Part shown: in pieces, positions 8,728 through 18,186 of the stretch
How positions within the stretch are numbered: the first letter of the stretch is position 1
Layout: each line of letters starts with the position of its first letter
Assembly: GCA_964541455.1 (NCBI GenBank)
Contig: CAZIPS010000003.1
Coordinates: forward strand, 2,663-66,662
Direction of reading: 5' to 3'
DNA length: 64,000 nucleotides
DNA from: an uncultured Candidatus Saccharibacteria bacterium
GTDB taxonomy: Bacteria; Patescibacteriota; Minisyncoccia; Phycocordibacterales; JAKFXT01
Made by a program: the position numbers and the translations under genes
Notes under the pieces: generated by a model
What the model was told of the DNA's origin: nothing
The model's database searches: none
The model's input: only the letters and a program-made list of their open reading frames with translations

Positions 8728-10275
8728 ATGAGTAGCACGTTTGCGAAAGTTCACAGTGCCCAAACATTTCTCCTCGAAAGTTATATTGTTGATTGTGAAG
8801 TAGACCTTTCTTTAGGACTACATGCTTTCACTATTGTCGGACTCCCTGACAAGGCAGTGGAAGAAGCACGCGATCGTATTTCTGCTGCTATTAAGCATTC
8901 CGGTTTTGAATCACCAAAATCAAAAAACCAGAAAGTGGTTATTTCTCTCGCCCCCGCCCATCTTAAAAAAGAAGGTCCATCTTTTGATGTCCCTATGGCA
9001 CTTTCCTACCTTCTTGCAAGCGGTGAAATGCATTTTGATCCTCAACAAAAACTTTTTATTGGTGAACTTTCGCTCAACGGCGATATTCGAGGAGTACATG
9101 GAGTACTCCCACTTGTCCAAAAAGCCCTACAAAAAGGGTTTAAAGAAGTCTACGTTCCAAAAGAAAATGCCGAAGAGGCTGCACTTATTCGTGGTATTAC
9201 TATCTATGGTGTAGAAAACCTCAAGACACTTGTTGAACATCTTCATACGCCAACAAAAGGAGAGACGGGGGTAGCACATAAAAAGATACTTCCACAAAAA
9301 GAAACTGTTATTACTCCTTCCACACACCCGCATACAACAGATATAGCTGATATCAAAGGACAAGAAAGTGCCAAACGTGGACTTCTTATTGCGGCCGCAG
9401 GCGGGCACAACATCGCACTCTTCGGCCCGGCTGGCACTGGTAAAACAATGCTTGCTCGAGCAATGCAGGGAATACTGCCAACACTTTCCTATGAAGAAAT
9501 CCTTGAAGTAACGAGTATCTATTCAGTTGCTGGATTACTTAAGGAGCCATACATTACGACAACACCTTATCGCGCACCGCATCACACTGCTTCTTATGTA
9601 TCGCTTGTAGGTGGTGGTGCCTTTCCAAAACCAGGAGAAGTAACATTGGCTCATAGAGGAGTTCTTTTTATGGATGAATTCCCTGAATTCGAAAGGCGCG
9701 TTATTGATGCGCTAAGACAGCCTCTTGAAGATAGAGTTGTTTCGATCAATAGACAAAGAGGGTCTGGCGTATTTCCTGCAAATTTTATTTTAATCGTGGC
9801 CTTTAACCCATGTCCTTGTGGGAATTATGGTTCTCAAAAACCTTGCCGCTGTAATCCAGGGGACATCATACGCTACCAAAAGAAAATCTCGGGACCCATC
9901 GCAGACCGTATCGATATGTGGATTGAAGTTCCTCTTCTTGCATACGACACACTTACCCAAAAACAACATACCGACGACTCGGCCACCTATACAAAGAAAA
10001 TAATTGCCGCAAAAGAAAGGGCGGGGAAGCGCTATAGTGCGCTAGGCAAGACTCGTTCAGCGGATCTTTCAGCAAAAGAATTAGAAATGTATGTCCCTCT
10101 ACATGAGACAGTTCGAAAACTTCTCATACGCTCATCAGAAAAACTAATGCTTTCTGCCAGAAGCTACCACAAAGTAATAAAAGTAGCGCGTACCATAGCA
10201 GATCTTGAAGAAAGTAAGAACATTACCGAAGCCCATCTCCTTGAAGCGCTGCAATATCGTCAGAAAATACACTAG
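8728..10275 (+). CDS. YifB/ComM family Mg-chelatase-like AAA+ ATPase
   Basis: 515 aa with an N-terminal Lon-like domain, Walker A (LFGPAGTGKTMLARA), a zinc-ribbon CPCGNYGS...CRC segment and the C-terminal ComM domain. Confidence 0.9.
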   Translation: MSSTFAKVHSAQTFLLESYIVDCEVDLSLGLHAFTIVGLPDKAVEEARDRISAAIKHSGFESPKSKNQKVVISLAPAHLKKEGPSFDVPMALSYLLASGEMHFDPQQKLFIGELSLNGDIRGVHGVLPLVQKALQKGFKEVYVPKENAEEAALIRGITIYGVENLKTLVEHLHTPTKGETGVAHKKILPQKETVITPSTHPHTTDIADIKGQESAKRGLLIAAAGGHNIALFGPAGTGKTMLARAMQGILPTLSYEEILEVTSIYSVAGLLKEPYITTTPYRAPHHTASYVSLVGGGAFPKPGEVTLAHRGVLFMDEFPEFERRVIDALRQPLEDRVVSINRQRGSGVFPANFILIVAFNPCPCGNYGSQKPCRCNPGDIIRYQKKISGPIADRIDMWIEVPLLAYDTLTQKQHTDDSATYTKKIIAAKERAGKRYSALGKTRSADLSAKELEMYVPLHETVRKLLIRSSEKLMLSARSYHKVIKVARTIADLEESKNITEAHLLEALQYRQKIH

Positions 10276-10287
10276 CCGAAAAAAAAG

Positions 10288-10325
10288 AAACACCGGCGAT
10301 TACTCATCGCCGGTGTTTCTTTTTT
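10288..10325. terminator. Bidirectional intrinsic terminator between the convergent comM-like and M23 peptidase genes
   Basis: AAACACCGGCGAT-TACTC-ATCGCCGGTGTTT with A-runs on one side and T-runs on the other. Confidence 0.75.
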
Positions 10326-10329
10326 TTAT

Positions 10330-11343
10330 TTAAAAAGGATTGGCTGCACCGCGAATTTCAAAGTGTAGATGCACCCCAGTTGCCTTGCCTGTGCGTCCCA
10401 TTTCTCCAATAATCTGCCCTTGAGTAACTATTTCTCCAACCCCTACAAGGTTTTTACTCAAGTGACCATAAAGTGTTTGCGTCCCATTATCATGCTTAAC
10501 CACAATATAATTTCCATATCCAGCATTCCATCCCGACGTACGACTGATAATAACTACGCCTGAAGCTGAAGCCATGATGGGTGCCCCAAAATAACTTGCG
10601 AGATCCACTCCGTTGTATCCATGTAACCCTTGTGTTTTGACTCCTCCTAGAATAGGCCGAGCGTAATAATTCTCGATAAGTGGACCGCTTGCACTCCTCC
10701 TCCATGGGTTAGTTCCGCTTGATGTTCTTCCTACACCAGAAGATTGTGGTTGTGGCGCAATTTCACCATCAGGAACGATGATGGTATCCCCAACAGCAAG
10801 ATCACCTCCTATTTCGATATTGTTATATTGTGCAATTTCATCCGCATCAGCTTTATACTTTTTGGCGAGCGTTTTTAGAGTATCACCCTTAACTACTGTG
10901 TGACGCACCCCTGAAATAGGGAGGATGACGAGGGTGTCGCCTGGTTTTACCACCCCACCTTTAATATCGTTGGCCCAGGCTATAGTATTTTTTGAAACAT
11001 TGAACATCTTTGCAATTGAAGAAAGAGAATCTCCGGCGCGCACCACGTAGAGACTAATATGGCTACTTTCTCCGTCTTTTTCCTCCACTTCAAGCGCTGT
11101 TCCCGAAGGACCGTCCTCTGACAAAAGGGCTGTTCCTCCAACCACGGTAATATCCCCCCCACCCTTAGCTGGGTTAGGGTCTAGGTTTACTGCTGCCTGC
11201 AAAAGCGTCATGTTCTGGCTATTTACAGAGCGTTCTTCGGTACTTGTGCTCTTATTTTTTGCAAAAAGGTTAGTAAAAGCCGAAAAAACCCCCGCTTCTG
11301 CAGAAAAAGGCGCCAACAAAGAAATGAGGAGTGAAAAAAACAC
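10330..11343 (-). CDS. Secreted LysM-domain M23 family metallopeptidase (peptidoglycan endopeptidase)
   Basis: Signal peptide, two LysM-like segments (GDSLSSIAKMFNVS, GDTLKTLAKKYKADADEIAQYNN), and M23 motifs (HGYNGVDLA ... GRTGKATGVHLHFEI). Confidence 0.9.
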   Translation of the reverse strand: MFFSLLISLLAPFSAEAGVFSAFTNLFAKNKSTSTEERSVNSQNMTLLQAAVNLDPNPAKGGGDITVVGGTALLSEDGPSGTALEVEEKDGESSHISLYVVRAGDSLSSIAKMFNVSKNTIAWANDIKGGVVKPGDTLVILPISGVRHTVVKGDTLKTLAKKYKADADEIAQYNNIEIGGDLAVGDTIIVPDGEIAPQPQSSGVGRTSSGTNPWRRSASGPLIENYYARPILGGVKTQGLHGYNGVDLASYFGAPIMASASGVVIISRTSGWNAGYGNYIVVKHDNGTQTLYGHLSKNLVGVGEIVTQGQIIGEMGRTGKATGVHLHFEIRGAANPF

Positions 11344-11609
11344 CCCATTTCGTAGGAAAATAGTGAAAAACGTACTATGTGGCTCTTCCTGTGTAGACGT
11401 AGAAAGAGTGTGTGAAATGTCTTTTTTTATAAGCCGATGAATATTAGGGTCTCTCCTTACAGCAATATATGGCTCTAATAAGCCATAGCAACCTCTCCGT
11501 ATTCCTTCTTTATATAAACTATAGACCTCCTGCCACGTAAGTCAACCTTGACGAAATGGGGTTGTGGATAAATAAAATAAGGCCTACATAGTGCTATACT
11601 ATTACTGTT

Positions 11610-14600
11610 ATGTCTACAAATCCTCCTCCTGGTGATCCTGCGATTGAAAAAGGTGCCACCCTTTCGTCAAAAACCCTCGTCGAACAGGCGCTTTCCGTTC
11701 TTCAAGACAAGGAAGATCTCGAAATTAAGGATATCCTCGCTGAACTTAGCAAAAACAATACCCCCCTTGAAGAAGGCGAGGTGATTAAGGAACTCGAAGA
11801 GCTTGGGTATGATATTGAAATAGTCGACCCTCCAACTAAAACTAAGGCTTCAAACACTGAAATTCCTCCTACCCACCATACACCCTCACCAGTAAAAAAA
11901 ATTCCTTCACTTAAAGAACTAAATGCTAGGGTCAAGACGGTCGTTGATGAAAAGTATGAAGGGAAAAGACCTCCAGCACTAGAAAAGGATGTAGCGAGGA
12001 TAATGAGGGATATTTCAAACACTCTCAAGCTTATTGACGCACGTGAGGGAAAGAAAAAAACACCAGAAGACAAAGAAAAGCTCGATGATCTGTATCTTGC
12101 CTTTGAACGCCTTGTTGAGGATTTTGAAAAACATACTCCAAGCCTAGAGGAGCCAAAAAAAGAGCCGCACACAGAAAAAGACCCAGCGAAGACCGCTGCG
12201 CACCGTACCATCCCCACCCTTAAAGAACTCCGAGCTCGTGTACAGACTGTTGTTGATGAAAAGTATGGAGGGGAGAATCCTCCGGCCCTTGAGCAAGACA
12301 TCCGCGGCATAGTCAAAAATATTACTGACATTCTTGCGGAAGTCGAAAAGCGCAAAGGTAAAAGAAAAACGCGCGAAGAAAAAGAGGAGCTTGATAATCT
12401 GTATCTTGCTTTTGAACGCCTTGTTGAGGATTTTGAGAAACATACTCCGAACCTTGAAGGAGCGAAAACAGAAACTGGAGACACAACAGAGCCCGCAAAG
12501 AGAGGATGGAGTAGGGAAATGCAGCTACATACAGAACCAGCACATACCGAGGAAGAAATAGTGTTTTTGCGGAGTAAGGGATGGACTGATGATGATTTCA
12601 AACGACACAAAGAAGCTCACATAAGTGAGGAATTACTACGCGCTGAAAAAGCCCGTCTTGAGCGAGAAATTAAGCGTCTCGAAGAAAGGGACGCTCTTAC
12701 TCCCAGTGCTCTTTTTGAAGGTGAGAAATGGCTTTTGAAATACAACCTTAGACCAAATCTAGCCGAAATTAACAAAACCTTAGCCAAAATAGAGGCTAAA
12801 AAAAGTCCTGCCATACCAAGCGCTGTTGCTACACCCTCGCCAGTTGATACCTCACCTAACAGTACCCCCTCAAAAACACCCGAGACTTCAAATGATCTAT
12901 TGGAGATTGCTGAACTAGCTAAACTCCACCAAAAAAGACTTTCACTTCAACAACTTGTTGAAAGTACCATGGACCTCGACGCTCGAACTCTTTTTGAAGA
13001 AGACTTACAAAAGGTTGAGGAAGAAATACAAGAGCGCATGAAAACTGCTCCACAAGGAGGAGCGTATGAAGCGAGTGCCCGTATTGAACATGAACTTATT
13101 TCGACACCTTCCTCCCCACACGCAACTAATCCCGACCTTCTTACGCTTGAAGGACAGAAACAGGCGCGCATCGATGCCCTCCTTAATCGTCTTACCGAAA
13201 ACCCCGATGACGTAGCTGTCCTTACCGAAGTTGCTATAGGCCTTGCCAAAGAAACCAATGACCCTGATACTATCGCCGAAAACAATTTAGTAGTCACCAT
13301 GGCACAAGATGAAACAGGCCCCTCCGCACTTAGTCACCAACAAGAGATGTTAAGGGAGGAGATAGGTATACTTCAAGCAAAGCTTACTGCATTAGGATTT
13401 ATTGCCCATAAACACCCTGTAAACATTGCCACCCCCCCTTCGCCAGAAACTGAAACACAAGGAGAAACTGCCGCACTTGAAAAAGCGGCTACTGCGGGAA
13501 TCGAGCACATAGAGCGTATGCTCGATGAAAATATGGCCAATGCAAAAAAGAATTGGACTACCTACGGCAAAGCATGGGCCTTAAATGCTTTTACCGAAAT
13601 TGGCGAGCAGTATAGTAAAGCCCCCTTGAAATTAAAACTTGCCCTTTCTGCCACCCTTATTGGGGCAGGATTATTTGGTGGGGGAGCAGTGGCTGGAGCT
13701 ATCGGCAGTATTGCTCTTGCACAAAGAGCATTTGGTTTTGCAGGCACTTATGTTGGTGTAGAGGCTGTTCTTGCGCGTGTCCGTGAACAAAAATTTAGAA
13801 AAGGAAAAGAGTTAGGACTTTTTACGAGTCACACAAAAGCGACCGCTTCAGTACTCGCTGCGCTTCTCGGTTCCGCTGCGCCATACGCTTTTAGTTATGC
13901 TATGGAAGCAAGTGAAAGACAGATCGGATCACTCATCTCGAGCCCCGAAGGACAGAAAATTTTAGCTGCCTTTTTTAGCAATGAATATGTGCAGACCATC
14001 AAAGGTGCCATTCAAGACAATCTCCCTTCTCCAAAAGGAGTACCGGTTGAACGGGTAACTACAGCGTCAACTACAACTGCTGCCGAACCATCAGATGCTA
14101 CACATCAAATATCACCTACAACAAATGTCGAACATGCAACTTCTACCATTAAACAATTTACTGATGCCATCGATCGACCAGGGGACTCTGTGTGGCGCTC
14201 GATGAAAGAAATTATCCGCAACAATGCAGAAGATTTCGGTTGGAAAGAAAACAACATCACAAGCAAAGAATTGTGGCTTGATCGTCGTGTTGCCGAAATC
14301 ATGCAAAACAATCCTGACATTGCGCAGCAAAACTTAGTCCACGAAGGGGGCCAAGTACATCTTGAAATTGTTGATGGAAATATAAACGCCTACTACGAAC
14401 CCGCCAAAGGTTTTGAAAATGCCCCACAAAGTCTTCCAGAAAAAATTATGCCAACACCTGTAACCACTGAGTACGCACCACAAGAAACCTCTCTCTCCAC
14501 AACACCTACATCCCCAGTTGAACAGACTGATGTGCCGATCATTATCCATCCAACTGATATACCGGACGAAACTCCTCCAGCTTCGGAAGATGGGCAAATC

Positions 14601-15041
14601 TTTGAAGGGGCAGGGAATCGTACTTCAACCTCTATTGAAACAAAAGTTGCTGACACTCCGAAAACAACAGTGGAGCAAGTACTTTCAAAGGCAGAACTTT
14701 TACATGTTCAAACAGAAGTGGTTACCCGCATCGATAGTGAGTTTGCAAAACCATCTTTCTTTGGGTTTGGTGGAGTTCCAGGAGTTAATACCACTGAATG
14801 GTCAGACATCCAAAAAATTCCCGCAAGTGAAATTCTCGCTGCGCCAAGTTTTGAAAAATTAAATATTCGATTTAAAGAACTTGTTCCAGACCTCACCCCA
14901 TATGCATATGAAAAAGCGCACCACCTTCTTCTTGAAGCAAGTAAACAAAGTGGTACCATTCCAGTAAGTTCAGAAGATTCTTATACATACCTTACCCGAT
15001 CAGTTAAAGAACAATTTATTAAAAGTAAATACATCGCATAA
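11610..15041 (+). CDS. Giant hypothetical protein (1143 aa) with an internal tandem repeat, coiled-coil regions and a Gly-rich TM segment
   Basis: Continuous ORF. Two consecutive ~97-aa repeat units (IPSLKELNARVKTVVDEKYEGKRPPALEKD... and IPTLKELRARVQTVVDEKYGGENPPALEQD...), then a Gly/Ala-rich hydrophobic stretch (LIGAGLFGGGAVAGAIGSIALA). No recognisable catalytic domain. Confidence 0.6.
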   Translation: MSTNPPPGDPAIEKGATLSSKTLVEQALSVLQDKEDLEIKDILAELSKNNTPLEEGEVIKELEELGYDIEIVDPPTKTKASNTEIPPTHHTPSPVKKIPSLKELNARVKTVVDEKYEGKRPPALEKDVARIMRDISNTLKLIDAREGKKKTPEDKEKLDDLYLAFERLVEDFEKHTPSLEEPKKEPHTEKDPAKTAAHRTIPTLKELRARVQTVVDEKYGGENPPALEQDIRGIVKNITDILAEVEKRKGKRKTREEKEELDNLYLAFERLVEDFEKHTPNLEGAKTETGDTTEPAKRGWSREMQLHTEPAHTEEEIVFLRSKGWTDDDFKRHKEAHISEELLRAEKARLEREIKRLEERDALTPSALFEGEKWLLKYNLRPNLAEINKTLAKIEAKKSPAIPSAVATPSPVDTSPNSTPSKTPETSNDLLEIAELAKLHQKRLSLQQLVESTMDLDARTLFEEDLQKVEEEIQERMKTAPQGGAYEASARIEHELISTPSSPHATNPDLLTLEGQKQARIDALLNRLTENPDDVAVLTEVAIGLAKETNDPDTIAENNLVVTMAQDETGPSALSHQQEMLREEIGILQAKLTALGFIAHKHPVNIATPPSPETETQGETAALEKAATAGIEHIERMLDENMANAKKNWTTYGKAWALNAFTEIGEQYSKAPLKLKLALSATLIGAGLFGGGAVAGAIGSIALAQRAFGFAGTYVGVEAVLARVREQKFRKGKELGLFTSHTKATASVLAALLGSAAPYAFSYAMEASERQIGSLISSPEGQKILAAFFSNEYVQTIKGAIQDNLPSPKGVPVERVTTASTTTAAEPSDATHQISPTTNVEHATSTIKQFTDAIDRPGDSVWRSMKEIIRNNAEDFGWKENNITSKELWLDRRVAEIMQNNPDIAQQNLVHEGGQVHLEIVDGNINAYYEPAKGFENAPQSLPEKIMPTPVTTEYAPQETSLSTTPTSPVEQTDVPIIIHPTDIPDETPPASEDGQIFEGAGNRTSTSIETKVADTPKTTVEQVLSKAELLHVQTEVVTRIDSEFAKPSFFGFGGVPGVNTTEWSDIQKIPASEILAAPSFEKLNIRFKELVPDLTPYAYEKAHHLLLEASKQSGTIPVSSEDSYTYLTRSVKEQFIKSKYIA
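11898..12480 (+). repeat. In-frame tandem duplication (two copies of about 290-310 bp) within the giant ORF
   Basis: Near-identical nucleotide stretches, for example CTTGC(C/T)TTTGAACGCCTTGTTGAGGATTTTGA(A/G)AAACATACTCC at about 12091 and 12401. The protein repeat units are about 60% identical. Confidence 0.8.
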
Positions 15042-15043
15042 GT

Positions 15044-15349
15044 ATGAATGAACAAGACATCGCAGCACTCGCCGCAAAAGATCTCGGAATTGAAACATTA
15101 AGCCCAGACATGCAAAAAGATGTTTTAGCGCGCCTCGGAGAAGCATCACTTAAAGGAGCGCTCCTTGAAATATTTGAAAAGCTCCCGCCAAGCGCTGAAG
15201 AAGAATTCAAGAAAATTTCTGAAAGCGGTGATCTTGCAAAGACACAATATTTTTTGAAACAACAGATTCCTGACTACGAGTCCATTATGAAACGGCACAT
15301 CACAAAAACCGTTGAAGAATTCAAGCGAGTAAAAGCTGGACTTTCCTAA
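15044..15349 (+). CDS. Small hypothetical protein (101 aa) immediately downstream of the giant ORF, probably co-transcribed
   Basis: Its ATG sits 3 nt after the giant ORF stop. Predicted alpha-helical, no recognisable domain. Confidence 0.45.
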   Translation: MNEQDIAALAAKDLGIETLSPDMQKDVLARLGEASLKGALLEIFEKLPPSAEEEFKKISESGDLAKTQYFLKQQIPDYESIMKRHITKTVEEFKRVKAGLS

Positions 15350-15356
15350 CAAAAAT

Positions 15357-15386
15357 CCCCTTTCTTTAGAAAAGAGAGAGGGGTGT
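15357..15386 (+). terminator. Intrinsic terminator after the giant-ORF operon
   Basis: CCCCTTTCTTTAGAAAAGAGAGAGGGG hairpin. Confidence 0.5.
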
Positions 15387-15498
15387 CCGCTTAGTTTCAC
15401 AATTAAAACTCCCTAGAGAAAGCCATGTGATCTAACATGCGCTTTTTTGTTTTACGCCATAAGTTACACACCAGCTTCTCCGTGTTACACTTCTTCTC

Positions 15499-17448
15499 AT
15501 GTCGGAAACTCATACACTAAATAGTGAGCAACAAAAAGCCGTGGCTCACACAGAGGGTCCCCTTCTTATCCTCGCGGGAGCAGGGGCAGGCAAAACAAAA
15601 ACCATCGCCCACCGCATACTTCATCTTGTAAAAAAGGGAGTGGCTCCACACACTATTTTGGCAGTTACCTTCACCAACAAATCAGCAAGTGAAATGCGCG
15701 AACGCATCCATGGACTTATTGAGCATGATGCTACATTACATCTCCCTGTTTCTTCTCATGAACTTCCTTTTGTCTCAACATTCCACGCGCTTGGTGTCTA
15801 CATTATTAAAAGGGAAGCGGCACGCCTTAACCTTCCACGCCACTTCACTATCTTTGATCGCAGTGACTCACTCTCTGCGGTCAAAGAAGGACTAAAGCAA
15901 CTTTCTCTTGACCCAAAACAATTTGAGCCAACAAAATTTCTCAGCATTATTTCACGCAAAAAAGGGGAGGGTATTTCACTCCATGAATATGAAAGTGTCG
16001 CCACTGAAAATTATATTGATCGACTTTTATTGAGTGTATGGCAACACTACGAAAAAAAACTAAAAGAAGAAAAAGCGCTCGACTTTGACGACCTGCTTCT
16101 AAAAACAAAAAATTTGTTGCGCGACACTCCTGAAGTGCGAAAGACTTACCAAACAATGTGGCAATACATTCACATTGATGAGTATCAAGATACAAACCGT
16201 GTGCAATACGAGATCACCAAACTTCTTGCTGGAGACCAACATAATATCTGTGTTGTCGGAGACATTGATCAGAGTATTTATTCTTGGCGCGGCGCTGATT
16301 TTAAAAATATTATGCGCTTTGAAAAAGATTATCCAGAAACAGAAACTATTCTCCTTGAACAAAACTATCGTTCGAGTAAAACGATTTTGAAAGCCGCCAA
16401 CATGATCATTGAAAAGAATACGCTGCGCAAAGAAAAAAATCTTTTCACTGAAAACGAAGAAGGGGAGAAACTACTTCTTTTTGGTGCATATGATGAAGCA
16501 CAAGAAGCAGCATACATTGCTGGCAAAGCACGCAGCCTTATCGAAACGGGAGTACAAGCTTCAGAGATTGCAATACTATACCGTGCCAACTTTCAATCAC
16601 GCATCCTCGAAGAAAAATTTTTGCACGCTGACATTCCTTATCAAGTGCTCGGCGTACGCTTCTTTGAGCGCAAAGAAGTGCGCGAAGTGATTTCATATCT
16701 TCAAGCTGCTTTTAACGAAGAGAGTACTGCTGATATAAAACGCACGATCAACATGCCACCACGCGGCATCGGTAAAACAACGCTTCTTAAAATTTTTGCG
16801 CACGATGAAAAAAGTTTACCCGCGAGCACCCGCGCAAAAATTGAAACATATCGAAGCATGCTTCGTCGCATCAAAGAGGTAGCGCTTTCAACACCACTTT
16901 CAGAAACATTGCATTTCATTATCGAAGAGTCACAACTTAAAACGTATTACGAGGAAGCGGGCACTGATGGGGAAGAGCGATTAGAAAATATGTATGAACT
17001 TATTGCTGTGGGAAGTAAGTATGACCTCTTTCCTTCTGAAGAAGCGGTGGATAAATTTTTGACCGACACCGCGCTTGCAAGCGATCAAGATGATTTAAAC
17101 GAAAAGAAAAATGGGGTACGCCTCATGACCGTGCATGCTTCAAAAGGGTTGGAGTTTGATTATGTGTTTATTTCAGGGCTTGAAGAAGATTTGTTCCCAC
17201 ACGGAAAACCGGATGGTGGGAAGAAAAATATGGAAGAAAGTGAGGAAGAGCGACGCCTGTTTTACGTGGCACTCACACGCGCACGCAAAAAACTTTTCCT
17301 TACTTATGCCTCGATTCGTAGTATGTTTGGGAACCGTATGATTAACGCCCCCTCATCATTTCTCGACGACCTTGCACCGGAAATACTTGAAAGCGAGCAT
17401 GACGGACCTGACAACTACCACGGCAAAGTTATTTATCTTGAAGATTAG
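15499..17448 (+). CDS. UvrD/PcrA family ATP-dependent DNA helicase
   Basis: 649 aa with LNSEQQKAVAH...LILAGAGAGKTKTIAHRI (motifs Q, I), a DEYQDTN motif and a C-terminal UvrD_C segment (VRLMTVHASKGLEFDYVFI). Confidence 0.9.
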   Translation: MSETHTLNSEQQKAVAHTEGPLLILAGAGAGKTKTIAHRILHLVKKGVAPHTILAVTFTNKSASEMRERIHGLIEHDATLHLPVSSHELPFVSTFHALGVYIIKREAARLNLPRHFTIFDRSDSLSAVKEGLKQLSLDPKQFEPTKFLSIISRKKGEGISLHEYESVATENYIDRLLLSVWQHYEKKLKEEKALDFDDLLLKTKNLLRDTPEVRKTYQTMWQYIHIDEYQDTNRVQYEITKLLAGDQHNICVVGDIDQSIYSWRGADFKNIMRFEKDYPETETILLEQNYRSSKTILKAANMIIEKNTLRKEKNLFTENEEGEKLLLFGAYDEAQEAAYIAGKARSLIETGVQASEIAILYRANFQSRILEEKFLHADIPYQVLGVRFFERKEVREVISYLQAAFNEESTADIKRTINMPPRGIGKTTLLKIFAHDEKSLPASTRAKIETYRSMLRRIKEVALSTPLSETLHFIIEESQLKTYYEEAGTDGEERLENMYELIAVGSKYDLFPSEEAVDKFLTDTALASDQDDLNEKKNGVRLMTVHASKGLEFDYVFISGLEEDLFPHGKPDGGKKNMEESEEERRLFYVALTRARKKLFLTYASIRSMFGNRMINAPSSFLDDLAPEILESEHDGPDNYHGKVIYLED

Positions 17449-17485
17449 CCATCCTTAGTGAGGTTAATTATCCACCATAGAATCA

Positions 17486-17514
17486 TTGACTTTTTAAGTC
17501 TTTTGCGGTTTAAT
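17486..17514 (+). promoter_or_regulatory. Near-consensus sigma70 promoter of cassette C (TTGACT-17-TTTAAT)
   Basis: -35 TTGACT at 17486-17491, 17-nt spacer, -10 TTTAAT at 17509-17514. SD AGGAGG lies 6 nt before ATG 17548. Confidence 0.6.
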
Positions 17515-17547
17515 TTACGTAAACTAACCACACCTAGGAGGTGTGCC

Positions 17548-18138
17548 ATGAAGTTCTTCAGAATCACACTGTTCGCGGCTTTCGGCCTCGGCCTGACGTA
17601 TACTTCGTCGTTCGGGCAACAGCTCGCAGCTCTGGCCCCCACAAGCGAAGCGGTGAAGTGCCAGGCCAAACTCTCCCTCGAGGAAACCCCCGAAACAAAG
17701 GTGGCGCTCGAGGAAAACGAGTACCCAGAAACCGCGACCCCCGTTCTCGCATACGCCCTGCGGCAAATCGCTTGCCTTGAAGGCGAGTCCGAGGTCCAGA
17801 TCTCCCTCAAGATCCTCTCTATCGACTGGGACTGGACACCGGGAGGAGCGTTTGTTTCGGTCTTCACCGGCATCTTCGGTGGACCAAGCAACTCACTGGG
17901 GTCCATCAAGGGGAAGGCGGCAGTTGAAATAACTGTTCGCACCAAGGGAAAGGTGGTCACGGCACAAGGCGCAGCAGAGGAGAAAACCCTCTACAAGCCC
18001 GAACCGAAAATGATCATCGACGATCGCCCAGCACTCCCCATCGGCGGCGGATGGTCACGGCCGAACAACAAGGTTGGGGGAATGCTCCTCAATCAAGCAA
18101 TCGGCCAGGCCCTCAAGAAGGCCTTCGAGCAACTGTAG
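17548..18138 (+). CDS. Hypothetical secreted protein, GC-rich cassette C (196 aa, N-terminal signal peptide)
   Basis: About 58% GC. Signal peptide MKFFRITLFAAFGLGLTYTSSFGQQ, strong SD and its own terminator. The fold family is not recognisable. The ORF track starts at an upstream GTG at 17458. Confidence 0.6.
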   Translation: MKFFRITLFAAFGLGLTYTSSFGQQLAALAPTSEAVKCQAKLSLEETPETKVALEENEYPETATPVLAYALRQIACLEGESEVQISLKILSIDWDWTPGGAFVSVFTGIFGGPSNSLGSIKGKAAVEITVRTKGKVVTAQGAAEEKTLYKPEPKMIIDDRPALPIGGGWSRPNNKVGGMLLNQAIGQALKKAFEQL

Positions 18139-18152
18139 AGGCGATGCCACTA

Positions 18153-18180
18153 CAGCCCCCGGGTTCGCCCGGGGGTTTTA
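18153..18180 (+). terminator. Intrinsic terminator of cassette C
   Basis: CCCCCGGG-TTCG-CCCGGGGG followed by TTTT. Confidence 0.8.
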
Positions 18181-18186
18181 CATTAT

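Noticed and set aside
11702-12610. 302-aa antisense ORF inside the giant gene (Ser-rich)
   Set aside because: It lies in the repetitive, purine-rich coding strand, and its antisense is low-complexity Ser/Phe-rich. It is most likely a shadow ORF of the long sense gene.
17524-17780. Small ORFs (17524-17766, 17541-17780, 17564-17752) overlapping cassette C
   Set aside because: GC-rich shadow frames. Only the 17548 frame has SD and signal-peptide logic.
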